64,000 bases of DNA from the human T2T-CHM13v2.0 reference genome, Homo sapiens. The notes beneath the pieces are model-generated. The model was not told the origin of the DNA, did no database searches, and saw only the letters and a list, made by a program, of their open reading frames with translations. The stretch lies in the NCBI RefSeq assembly GCF_009914755.1, contig NC_060930.1. The stretch is one strand, 5' to 3'. A program made the position numbers and the translations under genes. Positions 1-13,700 of the stretch are shown in pieces; position 1 is the first letter of the stretch, and each line of letters starts with the position of its first letter.

Positions 1-2532
1 CTTCTACTTTATCATTCACTAGTGAAGATACTAAAGAATGTCGGATTTATAGTCAACCAGATTGAGTTTAAACATTCATTCTGTCGCTTACCAGACCTGT
101 GAATTTCTGAAGGTTGATTTCTTTGTCTTAAAATACCGTATTACCTATTTCCTCTGATTGTTTTGAGAACTCAATGACAAGGCATATCGAATTACACAAA
201 GCACCTAGCACAGTTCTTGACACAAATGCTTTCAATAAATATTAATTCCTTTCCTTTCATTTCCTTTAGCAAATATATGTAAGAAAGCAATTTGTTTCAT
301 TTAATTCAATTTAAGTAAACTTTAAAACTTAGGGCAAAGCTTATTTCTCAATTATGACAGTTTTTTTGCAACTATAACCATAGAAACAGCTAAAAAGTAC
401 TATATCTTCTAACTAAATTGATTACATTTATATTTCCTCTTAATGTTTTTGTCACTCTTGATAAACTGCCTTACCTCAGTTAAAGGTTGGGCTTTTCTTT
501 TACAATTTCAAGAATCTTAATCAGTCATTTTCTGCCCCTTCCTGCCCTACACCTCTCTACCTCTCACCCTCCTCACTGCCCCCACCCCTACCTCAACTCC
601 ATACAGTTTTTCTGTTTCACAAACCTTAGACCTTAGGTAGTTAATCTTTGGTATACGCCTTCCTGGAATATACTGTGTACCTAGATGCCAGGACACATTT
701 TTAAAGTCCAGATACCATCAATGTTGATGAAGTAAATAGGTTTGCTGTATACTTATTAGATTATTAAGTATTCCAGATTTCTAAAGCTCAGTTTTTCAAA
801 ATGTAAAGCTATGTACCAAGACCAAATGAAAGAGGAATTTACAAAATAATTGAGACTGTCTTTACAGTTCTAACTATCAGTTATCTTTAATATTGATGAA
901 ATGCTATACTTTCACCTAGCAATCACTCTCATAGTGGAAATCAAGCACATATTCTTTTGGAAGTGAAATATTGTGAAATTTATACACATTTTTGTAAAAG
1001 TCAAATACATGGCCTTGTATTATCTAACACTGAGAATCCAAGGAGGTAGAAGTTATTCAAATCAAAACAATTATTAAAATGAGTGGGGAAGTGTAAACAA
1101 AGTCCCAATTAATACATTTAATAATTGTTATCCTTTGCTGCTTGGAATCTTTGGCTTTATTATATTTCTTGGACTTCAGCCATGGTTATAAAAGAAGCCT
1201 GTTTAGTTAGGCACAAAATAAAAACTGACCTATTAGCCTGGTGCCAACACTGAAATGAGGTTGGCTCTAATGAGAAATGTAACATACCTACTTCCTCATT
1301 TTCATCCCTGTTTATACTTTGGTGGGCATAGATTGAGAACAGAGTGCTTGCCTTTTATAAAGAGAGGAGGAATTGTTGAGTAGAAAAATTGCTCAGCTAG
1401 TGTTCAGAAATTGAGATCACATCTGAGCTTGACCGTTTATTTACTGGCTGTCACTCTTTGGGCAAGTTATTTTATCTCTACACATTTAGTTCCTCATCTA
1501 TCAAATGGAACTTTAACGTGTATCTTGCTGGCTTCCTTACCGAAAACATATATTTGAAAATGCTTGGCAAAGTTTAGAATGCTGAATAGTTGTAAGATAT
1601 TAATGTGACATGAAATTGAGAAAAAAAGTATTGGTGACAACTGGCTACGTGAGGATCTGATGATATTTGCAAAGTATGAAAATTCCAAGTATTATTTGAA
1701 TTTTTATATTTGTTCATTTAGCAAAATTCTTTTATGGCACTAAATTCACATGTACTATTCTTCTTAAATAAGTCTTAAAATAATTGGTTAATGTAGGAAT
1801 AATATATTTTTTATAAGTAAGAAGTAACTAGAATTGTAAAAAAAAAAAAAAAAAAAAAAGTACCTCAATTTAAAAACCCCATAAAATCTCAGTCATAGTA
1901 AGGTCTAGTGCAAAAGTAGGAGACTGGGCTCTCTGTATGTTTCAGATGAAAGTAAGAAATTGGGATTTTTCTGCCTAGACGATTGCCTTGGTTCTTCACA
2001 ACTTTTTGCCTATTTTTAAATTCCTTCTTTTTAAATGTTATAGAATTGAATTTACTTAAATGCCATCTGTACTCAATAGCTACTCCTGTGACTACGATGC
2101 AAAGTAAACAATGTTATTAGTCATCTGGAAAATTCGGTCTTGAAAAATCTAATTTTTAATCCGGATATACCAGGTAAAATTAATTTTGGTTTTAGCTTTA
2201 TCAAAAATATATATGGAGTACAGTTTCCAGATGGCACTAAGGTTTAAACTGTAGTATTTATAAGCAACACCATTTGAAAGTTTAAAAGTATTTTTATCAA
2301 CAGGTTAGATTAGTTGGCATTAGACCTTGAACCTGTATTGTTTCTTGTTTTACTTCAAATGAATCCTTAAAGCCATTTTTTGTTTGGCCCAGTGGATCTC
2401 ATAATTATAGGAATCCAGCTCAGAAACCAGAGCAGTTCATTGAATTTGCTATAAAATGTTCAGTTGTTTTGCATTAAGGTGTAAGGCTTTTTGGTTTCCA
2501 ACGTTTCCAATAATCTCCCTTTGTTTCCTCAG

Positions 2533-2593
2533 CGTCAGTCCAGCTGCCGTGGCAAAGATCCATTTCACATAATAAAGTGCCCTATTACATCAA
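2533..2593 (+). CDS. UTRN: Utrophin coding exon (equivalent to dystrophin exon 62), first half of WW domain: (T)SVQLPWQRSISHNKVPYYI(N)
   Basis: ttcctcAG acceptor at 2531-2532, GTAAGT donor at 2594; 61 nt; translation matches the dystrophin-family WW domain with utrophin-type residues; phase 1 in, phase 2 out. Confidence 0.96.
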
Positions 2594-2848
2594 GTAAGTT
2601 GATTTTAATTCTCCTTTATGATACCAAGAAAATCATGTTTTATTGATAACTTAAGAGGCTTCTCCCCCCATAACTTTTAAAAATAGAATTCAGTCCTATT
2701 ATCTGAAAGAAACTGTGATATAGTTAATATTAAAAAGAAACTACTTTTAACATGAGAATTATATTTTTCATGTATCAGATTAGGGATATAGGTGTGTTTA
2801 GCTGATATATTTTAAAGTAGAGATTTAAATATTTGGAGACAGACAATA

Positions 2849-2923
2849 AGCTATGATGGCCGTACTGTATTCCAGCCTGGACAACAAAGCAAGATCCAGT
2901 CTCTAAAAAGTAAAAAAAAAAAA
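2849..2923 (+). mobile_element. Alu 3' fragment with A tail
   Basis: ttccagcctggacaacaaagcaagatcc followed by poly(A). Confidence 0.7.
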
Positions 2924-4062
2924 ATTGGAGAAAAATGACAGAATTTCAAAATACTCTTGACATAATGATATTTGTCAAATTGTACAAATTCTAAACCATT
3001 TTTCTTCCTCTAAGAAAATCCATATAAAAATGTCTTATACTCTTGTCATTTTATTCCACCAATAAGAAATAATGATTTATCATGAAAAAGTGAAATATTG
3101 TCAAGTTTTTCTTTGTCTTATAGAAGTTATCTGCATTATTAGCATAGGCTCATCATTCTTTGATTCTGTTGTCCAGTTAGTTTCTCCTTCTTGCATACTG
3201 TTTCTTCTTCTTATATGACATTTTATAAGTTTTGTATAATTTACACAGGCTCTTAGTAGGCGTTGATCCTTGGCTTAGGGCTATATATTGTCATGGAACA
3301 GAATGATAAAATTCTACTTCTATAGTCCCTTGGAGTGTAACTTAGTAAAGATATTAATTTACAACGTGCTCTAGTGATGAGTCATAGTTGACCCTATTTT
3401 ATGTGTCAGACGAACAGCATCATAATCATGACAACACTTACTTATTGTCAGGAGACAGCTCTGTCTCAGGTTAGCTGTGTGACCTCAGGTAAGTCAGATG
3501 AAGATCTCTGGGCCAAGTTTCCTTTTTATCATTTCTAACATGGGGTGTGGTATCTCCAAAATCTATACAAATGCTAATAATCTGCTCTTCCAGTATACTT
3601 CCTGAAAACGTTGTGTGAAGTCCATGTTAGTGAAATAGTCTTTTCTTATAATTTTTTATTACAGTCTGAGATGTAAGCTCAGGGTAAAAAACAGGTTTGC
3701 ATAATATATAATAAATATAATAAGCAATATACGTTACATTAGCTTATGGGAGTTTAATATTTTTATCAGTGTATAACCTACAATGCACTGAGTTGTGAAC
3801 TGAGTTGAGAACAAGGTATTAAAGCAATTGATTGGTGTCAAATTTGCCCAAGTAAGAATGGAAAGAGGTCAGACGCTGGTTAAGTTGGCATGTCTCTAGT
3901 GAAAGAAGATGTGATTATCTAACTGAAAATGTTTAAAACTGTTTACATTTTTATTGTACACTATAACAATAATAATAGTAATAGTATTAGAGAACTTTAA
4001 TTTGCTTGGTTGAATATTGACTTGAATTTAATCTTACAAATTTAGATATAAATCTGATGTAC

Positions 4063-4480
4063 TGTGGTAGGCAAAATAATAACTGCTCCCAACCCCTGAA
4101 AGATGCTCACATCATAATCCCTGGAACCTGTGAAAATGTTAGGTTACAAAGCAAGGGAGAATTAAGGTCGTAAATGGAATTAAGGTTGCAAATCAACTGA
4201 CCTTTAATTAGGGAGATTATTCTGGATTATCCTGATGGGCTTAATGTAATCCCAGGGGCCTTTAAAAGTGGCAGGGGAGGCAGAGATTTGAGAATGCTAG
4301 CTACTAGCTTGGAAGGTAAAGGAAGCAGACATGATCCTTAAATGCAGGCAGCTTCTAGAAGCTGGAAAAGGCAAAGAAATGGGATTCTCTCTTAGAACCT
4401 CCAGAGAAGGAATTCAGCCCTGCCAACTTTGATTTTATCCCAGGGAGACATTTTTGTAACAGCAATAGAAAATTAATGCA
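4063..4480 (+). mobile_element. MaLR solo LTR (MLT1D/E-like)
   Basis: tgtggtaggca start; gagattattctggattatcc, ctagaagctggaaaaggcaa and acagcaatagaaaattaat motifs. Confidence 0.75.
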
Positions 4481-5700
4481 TGTACTATAAAAAAATCAAG
4501 AAGTTCACGCAAATTAATTGAAATTAATTAATTTATTGAATTGACTTAGAGTCTTTTATCATCTGATTTTTTTAAAAATGCAAACTGGATCTAGTTTTTG
4601 GGTTTTACTAAATAAAAAAAATTAAATATCTTGCTTTATGTTTATATCATGATTATCTGTGTGGTTTGGGACTTTTAAAGTCCATCCTTAATTTTAGCTC
4701 TTTTTTAAAAATGAATTTCTATATGTTTAGGTTAATTATATATGACTGAGAATTGTCTAAATCAGAATTTCTCTAATTCAAAATGTTTATAATTTTGGAA
4801 GGATCTGGTAGGATTGTATTCTTGTTCTTGTGGGGCAGAGTTCTTATGGGGCAGATTGGTAGAATAAAAGTTAGTTTTACCTGGCTTCCCATTGGCTAGA
4901 GCACTATTACCAGCACTGGAAAATAGATATAATATAATGATGGCCACTATTTTAAATAATAACGTTTAGGACTGTAGCATTTAAAAAAATCTTCTCCATC
5001 ACCAGTAAAAGATCAGATTGTTTAAAATATATGTAGTTTTAGTGTTAAATGTCTTTTAAGTCTTCCAAATTTTTAGAAATGTGCTCATTTGTATATAGCA
5101 AATTCCCATTTTCACAAAACTTGTTTAACCAGGATCTTTCATTGTGTAATTTAACAGTTTATTTCCTCATGAAGAAGGAACATCAAATTCTGAAGGTAGA
5201 GTTATAAAAGCCAGTATTTATGTGTGAAGAATTGTTATGAAAACAAAATTTAATTCCCAAATTAATAACCAAGCAAATGGAGAATGAAAAAGCTTTTAAT
5301 ATACACTTCCCTTTGCGTGGCTTCAAAAGTAGAAGAAAAATGTTTAAAACAAATTTTGCATGATTGCCATGCAATGAGAATTTCCTGGAGCAAATTAGAA
5401 TGTATATGGCTAACAAAAAATAATATTCAGGTAGAAATATTCAACGTTTTTGGTGTTTAAGTATATCATCTTTGTATTCACTGTTAGAATATGGCCAGAA
5501 AGTTGAAAGGAGACTAGGAAGGGCAAATTATTTTTATGTCATATTTTAATTTTATAGATCACTTAAAGCCCACTTTGATGGCTTCCCACTGCATTTCTGT
5601 CTCTCTAGGTAATTCCTTATTAATATTTTGAAGTGCACTGCGGTGGCTCCATGGCTCATGTGTTTGTAGAAAATGAAAGAATATAAATCTGAACTGAAAG

Positions 5701-5850
5701 AGTCTATATAGTATAAACCCCTCTATTTGTTGATATCTTAAGTTAAAACTAGTCTATATAGTATAAATCCCTCTATTTGTTAATATCTTAAGTTAAAACT
5801 AGTCTATATAGCATAAACCTCTCTATTTGTTAATATCTTAAGTTAAAATT
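5701..5850. repeat. Minisatellite, 3 x 50-bp unit
   Basis: agtctatatagtataaacccctctatttgttgatatcttaagttaaaact repeated three times with a few substitutions. Confidence 0.95.
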
Positions 5851-5976
5851 AACATTTGAAAATTTTATTTGCTTCCTCTAAGGTAGACTTTCTGAAACTG
5901 ATCTAGTTATTTCTTTTTTCCTAGTATAGTGCAATGAGAGCTCATTGTATTCAGGGTTTAAGAACATTTAAAATGG

Positions 5977-6280
5977 GGCCGGGTGCAGTGGCTCATGCTT
6001 ATAATCCTAATGCTTGGGAGGCTGAGGCGGGTGGATTGCTTGCCCCCAGGAGTTCAAGACCAGCCTGAGCAACATGACAAAACCCCATCTCTACAAAAAA
6101 TTAGCTGGGCATGGTAACATGCGCCTATAGTCCCAGCAGTCAGGAGGCTGAGGTGGGAGGATCACTTGAGCCCGGGAGGTCAAGACTGCAGTGAGCCATG
6201 ATCACACCACTGCACTACAGTCTGGGCAACAGAGTGAAACTCTGTCTCCTTAAAAAATAATAATAATAATAATAAATAAA
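5977..6280 (+). mobile_element. Alu (AluJ-like), full length
   Basis: ggccgggtgcagtggctcatgc start; ggaggatcacttgagcccgggagg; (AAT)n tail. Confidence 0.92.
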
Positions 6281-6599
6281 GAGAGAGAGAAAAAGAAAAT
6301 TTAAAATGGTTCTTGCTGCCTTCACAATATACAAAAATCTGCCATAAAAGCCAGATATCTCTCATTGTAAATTTTTGGTTATGTATTTTGCACAAGTTGT
6401 TCATTTCCTCAGATAAAAGTCAACTTCCAGGGAATATGAGGAATAAGAGGAATGAAAGCTTTGGGTTCGGTTGAACTTTCTTAATGCATCACATTAACCA
6501 TGTAAAATTCACCATTTCTCAGTTTGCCACAGAAATAATAATAACATATAATAATGATAAATAGTTGCTGTGGGAAGTAATAATGATCATTGTAATAAA

Positions 6600-6880
6600 T
6601 TACATTTTTGAACAGTCATTTATTTGCCAGGTGTTGTGCTGAATCTTGTGCATAGATGATCTCTTTTAATTCTCTCATTAGCCAAGTGAAGTATAGGTAC
6701 TATAATTACCCCCATTTACACATAAGTCTTAATGAATTATCAATAACTGCATTAAAAGTAATTAATAAGCACGCTTACAGCTTGCTTGAGATTACACAGC
6801 TGGTAAATAGAAGAGCTAGTGTTCAAACCCAGGGATTGTCTACAGCTCCTGAACTCCTGATCACTATGCGGTGCTGTGTC
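6600..6880 (-). mobile_element. MIR
   Basis: tatttgccaggtgttgtgct, ccccatttaca and cacagctggtaaatagaagagctagtgttcaaaccc motifs. Confidence 0.6.
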
Positions 6881-9800
6881 CTGGCCCCAATATTAGTTGA
6901 GTCAGAGGACGGAAGTTTTTAGTCCCATGGAAACTTTGAATAGGATGAAGGATTATATTTAGGAAGGAGGATAGTAGTGGAGAAAGTATGAGCAAACATC
7001 CTTTCTTTCATACCATAGACGGTTACCATTTACTATGCACCTCCTGTGTGCCAGCAACTGAGTCCAGCTGTCCAAGGACAAAGCCCATGCTTTTTCCAGT
7101 ACTCCACACTGCCGTTGTATAGGCTTTTCCATAGGCTAATTTCTACAGGAGGATCTATTTTCTAGATGTTTAAAGCAGTTTCACACTGTGGTCTGGTAAT
7201 GGACAAAGGTGCTTTTTCATAGATAGGAAGATGTCATTCCCACAGTGCTTGCCAGTTGGACCTTGAGAGGAACTCTGAGGTGGGGAAACACACTCTTTGG
7301 CCTTCCTCTATCTTTCCCCATTCACATGATCTGAAGATTTCTGTCAACTGGTAGATTTAAGTATCTGCGAGTAAGATGGCCAACAAAGCTGGCTTATAAG
7401 TCCTAAGGGACTTGAAACACAGATGGTTCTCTATACATCCGGCCTGTTGGTAAGTCACAGTATTTAATAGAATTTAATAAGATGTAGTTAGGAAATAAGA
7501 TTTTCCTTTTTCCTTATAACACCTTCTCTAAAGCCTGAGTTGTTGACTTTTCAGTAAGCCTTTAGTCTTGCTACAGATGACTATTCTGTTCTTGTGACAA
7601 GGTGTCACCATCACAATTTAACAATTCTATAGCTCAGTTTTTCCCACTGGAGTCTGCAGTGCAGATGTTAATTCTTCATAGAACCCTAAATACAATGTAC
7701 AATATCACACAACACACAGCTTTCATTATGTACATATTAGTAATCTCTGGTTATATATACCATGCATGTCACATTTTCTAAAACTGACATTCCTCAATAT
7801 TGCAAGAAATTAACCAGCATAAACTTGTCTATATCTATAAAATTTGCTGTCTTACATTTCTTTCCCTTGTTCTAACTCCCCCTCTGAGTGGATCCAAATG
7901 AAGATTATCCTCAATTTGTTACATCTCTCTTTATACTTTTATTTTCCATTCTTGTGCCCATTATTGATAATCCTGCAAAGCTCTTTTAGACCTACTCTCA
8001 TTTCCCAAGGCCACCCTCTACCTGCCCTAATCCTTCAGTAACTGAAAGGAATTGAAGTTTGTAATAGTTGTAAAATCTTGGGGAGCGAGTAGTTGATCTT
8101 TATCGCAGTCATACAGTTCATTTGCATAGATTGTATATACTTGTCTTGGCAGAACTACATATACCGTCTAGAGGAGAGAATTCATGCATACTTCTTTAGA
8201 AGAATTGTGCGCCAGCTTAGGCAATACAGAAGAAATAGTCCTTCCCTAAATATGGTCAGAGAGGAGTATCAGCAAGGCAATCTCCAAATACTCAGCCTAA
8301 CAGGAAAATGAAAGCTAACAAAGTGTGTGTAACAGCAACAACGAAGAATTAACATAAAGCATTTTATCATTAACGGTTATAGAAAACTTATCCCAGAACA
8401 GAATAAACCCGTAACAAAGGTATAATTAACAATGAAAAATAAACATAGCTCTCTCCAAAAGGGTCCCTACAGCAGTCTTTATTTCTCCCTTCCCTCTTTC
8501 GTGAAGATGAGGGATGGTATCTTTTTGGTTCCAGTTTTTTAAGTAAAGAACTCTTGGGCCGCACTTTGAATCTCTTTCAAGAACTGGAGCTTGTGGTTTT
8601 GGTTTTAATGATAAAGAAGTAAATGAAATAGAAGCATAAGCAAAATGTACTGGAGAGTCTGTCTTTCTAGTAGTCTGTGACTCTGTTTTTACTGAAAATA
8701 AATATTTAAAACTCACTGGGCCAAGTCTGCTGATGGGGAGGTAAGAACAAAATTGCTTTATGAAAGAATGTAAGTACCTTAGGATCACTAAACCCCTGGG
8801 CTTGGAGGGGCTTCAGATAAATGAGCATAAGCATACCTTGGCTAACTAAAAATCTAAACAGTAGAAAGCCTGCCCTGCAGCAGCCAGCAAACCGTCACTG
8901 GGAAGAAATCTTATGTATTACTGGTGTCCTAGTTAATTGAGGTAATTTAGGTGGAATTGATATTGTCTTTGAGAGACATTAGGTAGTTAAGGACTTAAAA
9001 TATCACCTTCACTGCCATTAGTCTACATATTGTTGGGCCATGAAGTAGTATTTTGGCTTGGAATCTTCTAGATTACCCAACTCTATTGCATTATAGTGAC
9101 ACCATCAGCCTTACTGGGCAATTTGATTTTTAGGGTAAGGGATGCAGTTAGTAAAGTTCTACCATACAATGTAGGAAGGATCACTGTGGGGCCATTTAGA
9201 GAGGAAAAAAGATATCTATACTTTATAAAGATTAAATTTTTAAAACTGCCATTGCAATTAGCAAAAGTACAGAAGTAATAATGTTTAAAATTGTAAAATA
9301 AATAGAAATATGCTGATTATAAAGTAAAATAATACAGTAAAAGATTTCATATAACCATATAGAAAAAAATAGAAGTAATTAATCCCTTCTTTTAAAAATA
9401 CATAAAAGAAAGAGATAAAGTAGTAATTTTTTTTAATAAAAAGCTAAAAGCTACAAATCCAGCTTTTAAAAGCAAACTTAAAGGATACAATGATCCCCTC
9501 AACTGTTGTGGGAACATAGTCCTGGTGTTAACACCTTCAGATGGGGGCATACAAGGCTCCCCAGGGCCAATGCAACAACAAATGACCTACAGGAATTTGG
9601 CTGATGGTCTGAATCTCCCCAGTTTGAGAGTCACGGAGATGAGGGTAGGGTTGGGTGGGAGGTGGGGTTCCCTATGAATTCTGGGCTCATGTAGAAATAT
9701 TATCAAGCTAGCAGATCCCCTGGGTTTACTGAGTATTTGCATGTTTATATTTCCAAGCAATTTAGTACCCTCAAGACAATTATCACCTGTCCCTCCCCTC

Positions 9801-10024
9801 GCACGTAGACACATCAGTTTTGATCATTAATTCTACTACTTTATTTAAAAACAAACACAAATAAACTTTGTCTTATTGTTTTGTAACAAATGTTCTAGTA
9901 GTCATACATGCAATATTGACATCTTATATTTTGGGGTGTATGGTATGGTAGCCTATTTCTATATAGTCCTTTCCATGTTTGTATCTTTAAATCTACTCTT
10001 GAGTGTGAAATTACTTTAAGTGTA

Positions 10025-10312
10025 TTTTGTTTCAGAGACAGGGTCTCACTCTGTTGCCCAGGCCAGAGTGCAGTGGTGCAACCATGGCTCATTGCAGTCT
10101 TATACTCCTGGCCTCAAGTGAACCTCCTGCCTCAGCCTCCTGAGTAGCTGGGACTACAGGTACATGCCACCATGCCCAGCTAATTGGACTTTTTTTAGAG
10201 ATGGAGTCTTGCTATGTTGCCCAGGCTGGTCTCAAACTCCTGACCTGAAGCAGTCCTCCTGCTTTGGCCTCCCCAAATGCTGGGATTACAGACATGAGCC
10301 ACTGTGCCCAGC
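10025..10312 (-). mobile_element. Alu (AluJ-like), antisense
   Basis: gagacagggtctcactctg ... gagccactgtgcccagc. Confidence 0.92.
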
Positions 10313-10705
10313 TTAAATGCATTTTATAGTCAAATCCTACGGAATTATTCATTATTTACAATGTTGTCTTCCTGCCTCCTGTCTTCATTATCATGAGATA
10401 CTAATGGCATTTTTTAAGGAAGACTCTAAACTTTTGCAGTACCTATTATCAAATAGGATCATATATCTTATTTGAATTTTGGACAGAATTTTTTTTTTCT
10501 TGAAATTCTGACCTCCACGCTTCTTTTCTCTTAAGTTAATTTTTGTTTCTAAAAGTATATCTTTGGATTTCCTGCCTTTAAAAGCTTAGAGGACAGTAGA
10601 CAGTGTTTGCGAGTGGATGAGGAAGTTGAATATAACCTGAGGAATATATAAGTTATTCCTGCAGCTTTCTCACCCACTACCTCCATCCTCTCCCCAGGGG
10701 CTTTT

Positions 10706-10750
10706 CCACACAGACACACACACACCCACACCCACACCCACACACACACA
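10706..10750. repeat. Interrupted (CA)n microsatellite
   Basis: cacacagacacacacacacccacacccacacccacacacacaca. Confidence 0.85.
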
Positions 10751-13700
10751 AGCACGTGCACAGAGTGAGAATCAATGTTACTGATGGGGGTACTCCACAT
10801 TCTTCCTATATTCTAGTCTTGGGTGAAACAAGGACTGAAAAGATTATAAATTCCAAAGTAAGTACACCACCTCTCAGATCTTTAAGAAGGTGTTACTCAA
10901 ATAAATGTTGTCATATCAGATTGCCAACATTTGTTTTCACTCTTCATACTTTAGGCAGTTGAATGCAAAATCGATTAGTTGGGAGCTCGTGCTTGATTGC
11001 TATATATATGTAACTTCTATAAGTGTACATAAAGTAAATGTTAACAGAACCTGTATTTTGCCTGTGTCAACTTCCTTTTCTGGAGACTTCTGGTTTTCTC
11101 ATAGTACCTCCCACCTTCTAATACACTGTATAACTTACTTACAGTGTTTGTCGTCTCTTATTTTTCCCCATCCTGAGGCATGGCCACTCCACTTGGCACC
11201 ATGGAGTTCATTGCTAATAATTATAGGACCAGTTTGAGTGCAGGAGAAAAGTTGGAAGCCAAACAGAAGTGGCTGGAGTGGTGAATGGGACACGAGGAAG
11301 TAGATATGGTACAGTACTCATTGGTGAATTTTGCCTGTGAAGGAGAGAAAAAAGGTGATAACTAGCAGAAAATGTAGATTTGAGGTAGGGGTGTGTGTGT
11401 GTGTGTGTGTTTAAGGATGGCACGTCTGTAAACATTTATATTCTACAAAGGATAGTCTTCTTGAGAGAGGGGTTGACAGTGCAGCACAGGAAATTTTTAA
11501 GAAATCATTGGGAAGAATTGGCCTTTAATAAGAAGGGGGACAATTTCTCAGTTAAAGGGGAGATAGGATAACAGACTGGCAGTTGGAGGGAAGTTTCCTG
11601 AGTTGGTGGTGGAGAGAGAAAGGAGTCCTCATCTAGTAGTATTTAGGTTTTCAATGAAGCGTGAGATAAAGTAAAATGATATTAAGGCAGAGAAATAAAC
11701 CAGTTTGGGGAGAGAGATAGCAGTAGTGAATTTCTGTTTTGGAGTTTGGGAAAGCAAGTTTATTAGGGAATATAGTGCAGTTGCCAGGAGTTGGACATTT
11801 GAGGTTTGAAATCACATATTTTAAAGTAAATTGAGTCTGTCTGTTGAGTGATTTTCTCCAGTTGTTTTTATCCACAGCTGCTCAGGTCCAGAGTAGGCAA
11901 GTAATTGAGCTGATCCAGGCCTGGGATTTGCAAGGGGTGAGAGAGAAGCAAGGGAGATGAGGTTATTTGTAATGATTCTAATGATAGACCATGGACTCAA
12001 ATTTGGACAGATTCATCAAGAAATATTTTAAAACCTTAATTATGCAAATATACTTCCATATCAAGAGCTTAGCTTAAAATGAGACTATCTCTGTTTAAAT
12101 CCCATTTCTATTACTTACTATAGGACCTCAGACAAGCTATCTAAGCACTCTCTGCCCTAGTTTTTTCCATCTGTAAGATGGAGACAATATTGTCACCCAA
12201 GTCATAGAATTGTAATCCAAATAGAATTTACACATAGAAAAAGTTTATCCAAAAAAGTTTACTTGGTACAAATCGAGCACTCAAATAGCATGTTATTACT
12301 GTGATTAATATACATCCTGACCTAGTATATTTTACTTTGCACAGCAAAGAAGAAATATTTTTTTCTTTGATTGTCTTATCTCAGAGCAATATACATAGTT
12401 CTTGTCCCCACATTTGTATTTTTACTTATCTTTAGTTTTGTTCTGTTATATGCCTTTATAATTATAATTGGAATGGAATGATATATAACAAACCTCACAA
12501 AATCCAGTTATAAGCATAAAATTGGATAGCTAGTAACAAATAAGTATATTTGGGTAAGTGTTAGTTTTTGGAGAAACAAGTTGCCTTCTGATCATCCTTT
12601 AAGGTTTCATGGAAAAATATGAGACCACTCTAATGAGGACAAATGGGTTTAAGAAGTATCTTCCACAGAGCAGTCATTTGCCCAGAAATCAAGATTTTAC
12701 CAGCCTATCAAAAGTGCATGTCCTTTGCTGTTGGTTCATTGTGTTACATGTTAGGCAGTATTGCAGCACAACTTTTTTTGTTTTATTTGTTGGTGCTACA
12801 GTCTTATATTATTTGTGTTTTACTTTCTGTGGCTTATCAGTGTTATATTGTTATGAATAATAATAGGTGGAAGGATATACTACTTCTTAACCTTATTGGC
12901 TTAATATTTTAATAATGTCCATAAAATGCAGAGATTATATGTTATCCCAGCTGGGGCTCTTCAGAGTAAGGGGGCACTTTTAATAATTATACCAGGATGC
13001 TGATGTGTAATTCCTGTATACAGTCTAGTATAAAGCAGGATTTATACTGCTTGAAGGATAGTTTTCAAAATAGGCAAAAATCTTAACTCTTATACAAATA
13101 CAAAAAGAGCATGTTTCATTTAACTCATAATAAGGGAACCAGTAAGAAGTTATAATAGGTTCCAAAGAGAATACAAAATGTCACATATTTATAGTGAGAT
13201 TAGGGATGCTAAAATGAATTTACCTCTGGATGCAAAGCTGACAAACTGGTCAATATCCACAGGACAATAATCAATTGCATTCCACTGGGCACAATTTGCA
13301 TTTATATGGACAGAAATCATTTGCATTACTATCTGTTTTCTTCAGTTTGCAGAGTTTAAAATAGCTCAGAGATAATTTAAGCTTTGCAGGATACCCACTC
13401 ATTTTTTGCCCACAACAAAGACCTTCACAATTTTTCCCTGCACAGGCAAAACTGGATGGCTGGCCAGCCTAGTTACATGTCACATGTTCTCACTATTGTT
13501 TGCTTCATATGATTTTGTACTTAACTGTTAATTGCTACTTTGTTTTTTGTTTTTTGTTTTTTTTTTTTTTTTTAATTTTATTCTTGGATAGATTCCCATG
13601 GCTGTTGCCTTTTAAAGAGAGGATTTTTAGTAATAAAATCATAATTTTATTTTAGAGCTTATCAAGCTGCACAATATGAAGTCCCACTCCCTGTTCATAT

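Noticed and set aside
2571-2576. AATAAA inside the first exon
   Set aside because: Explained by Asn-Lys codons; no evidence of use as a poly(A) signal.
3486-3494. Consensus CAG|GTAAGT donor
   Set aside because: Lies in a MIR-like core with no convincing exon; it shows that such donors also occur by chance in this intron.
5701-5850. Regular repeats as a CRISPR-like array
   Set aside because: Head-to-tail units without unique spacers, in a eukaryotic intron.
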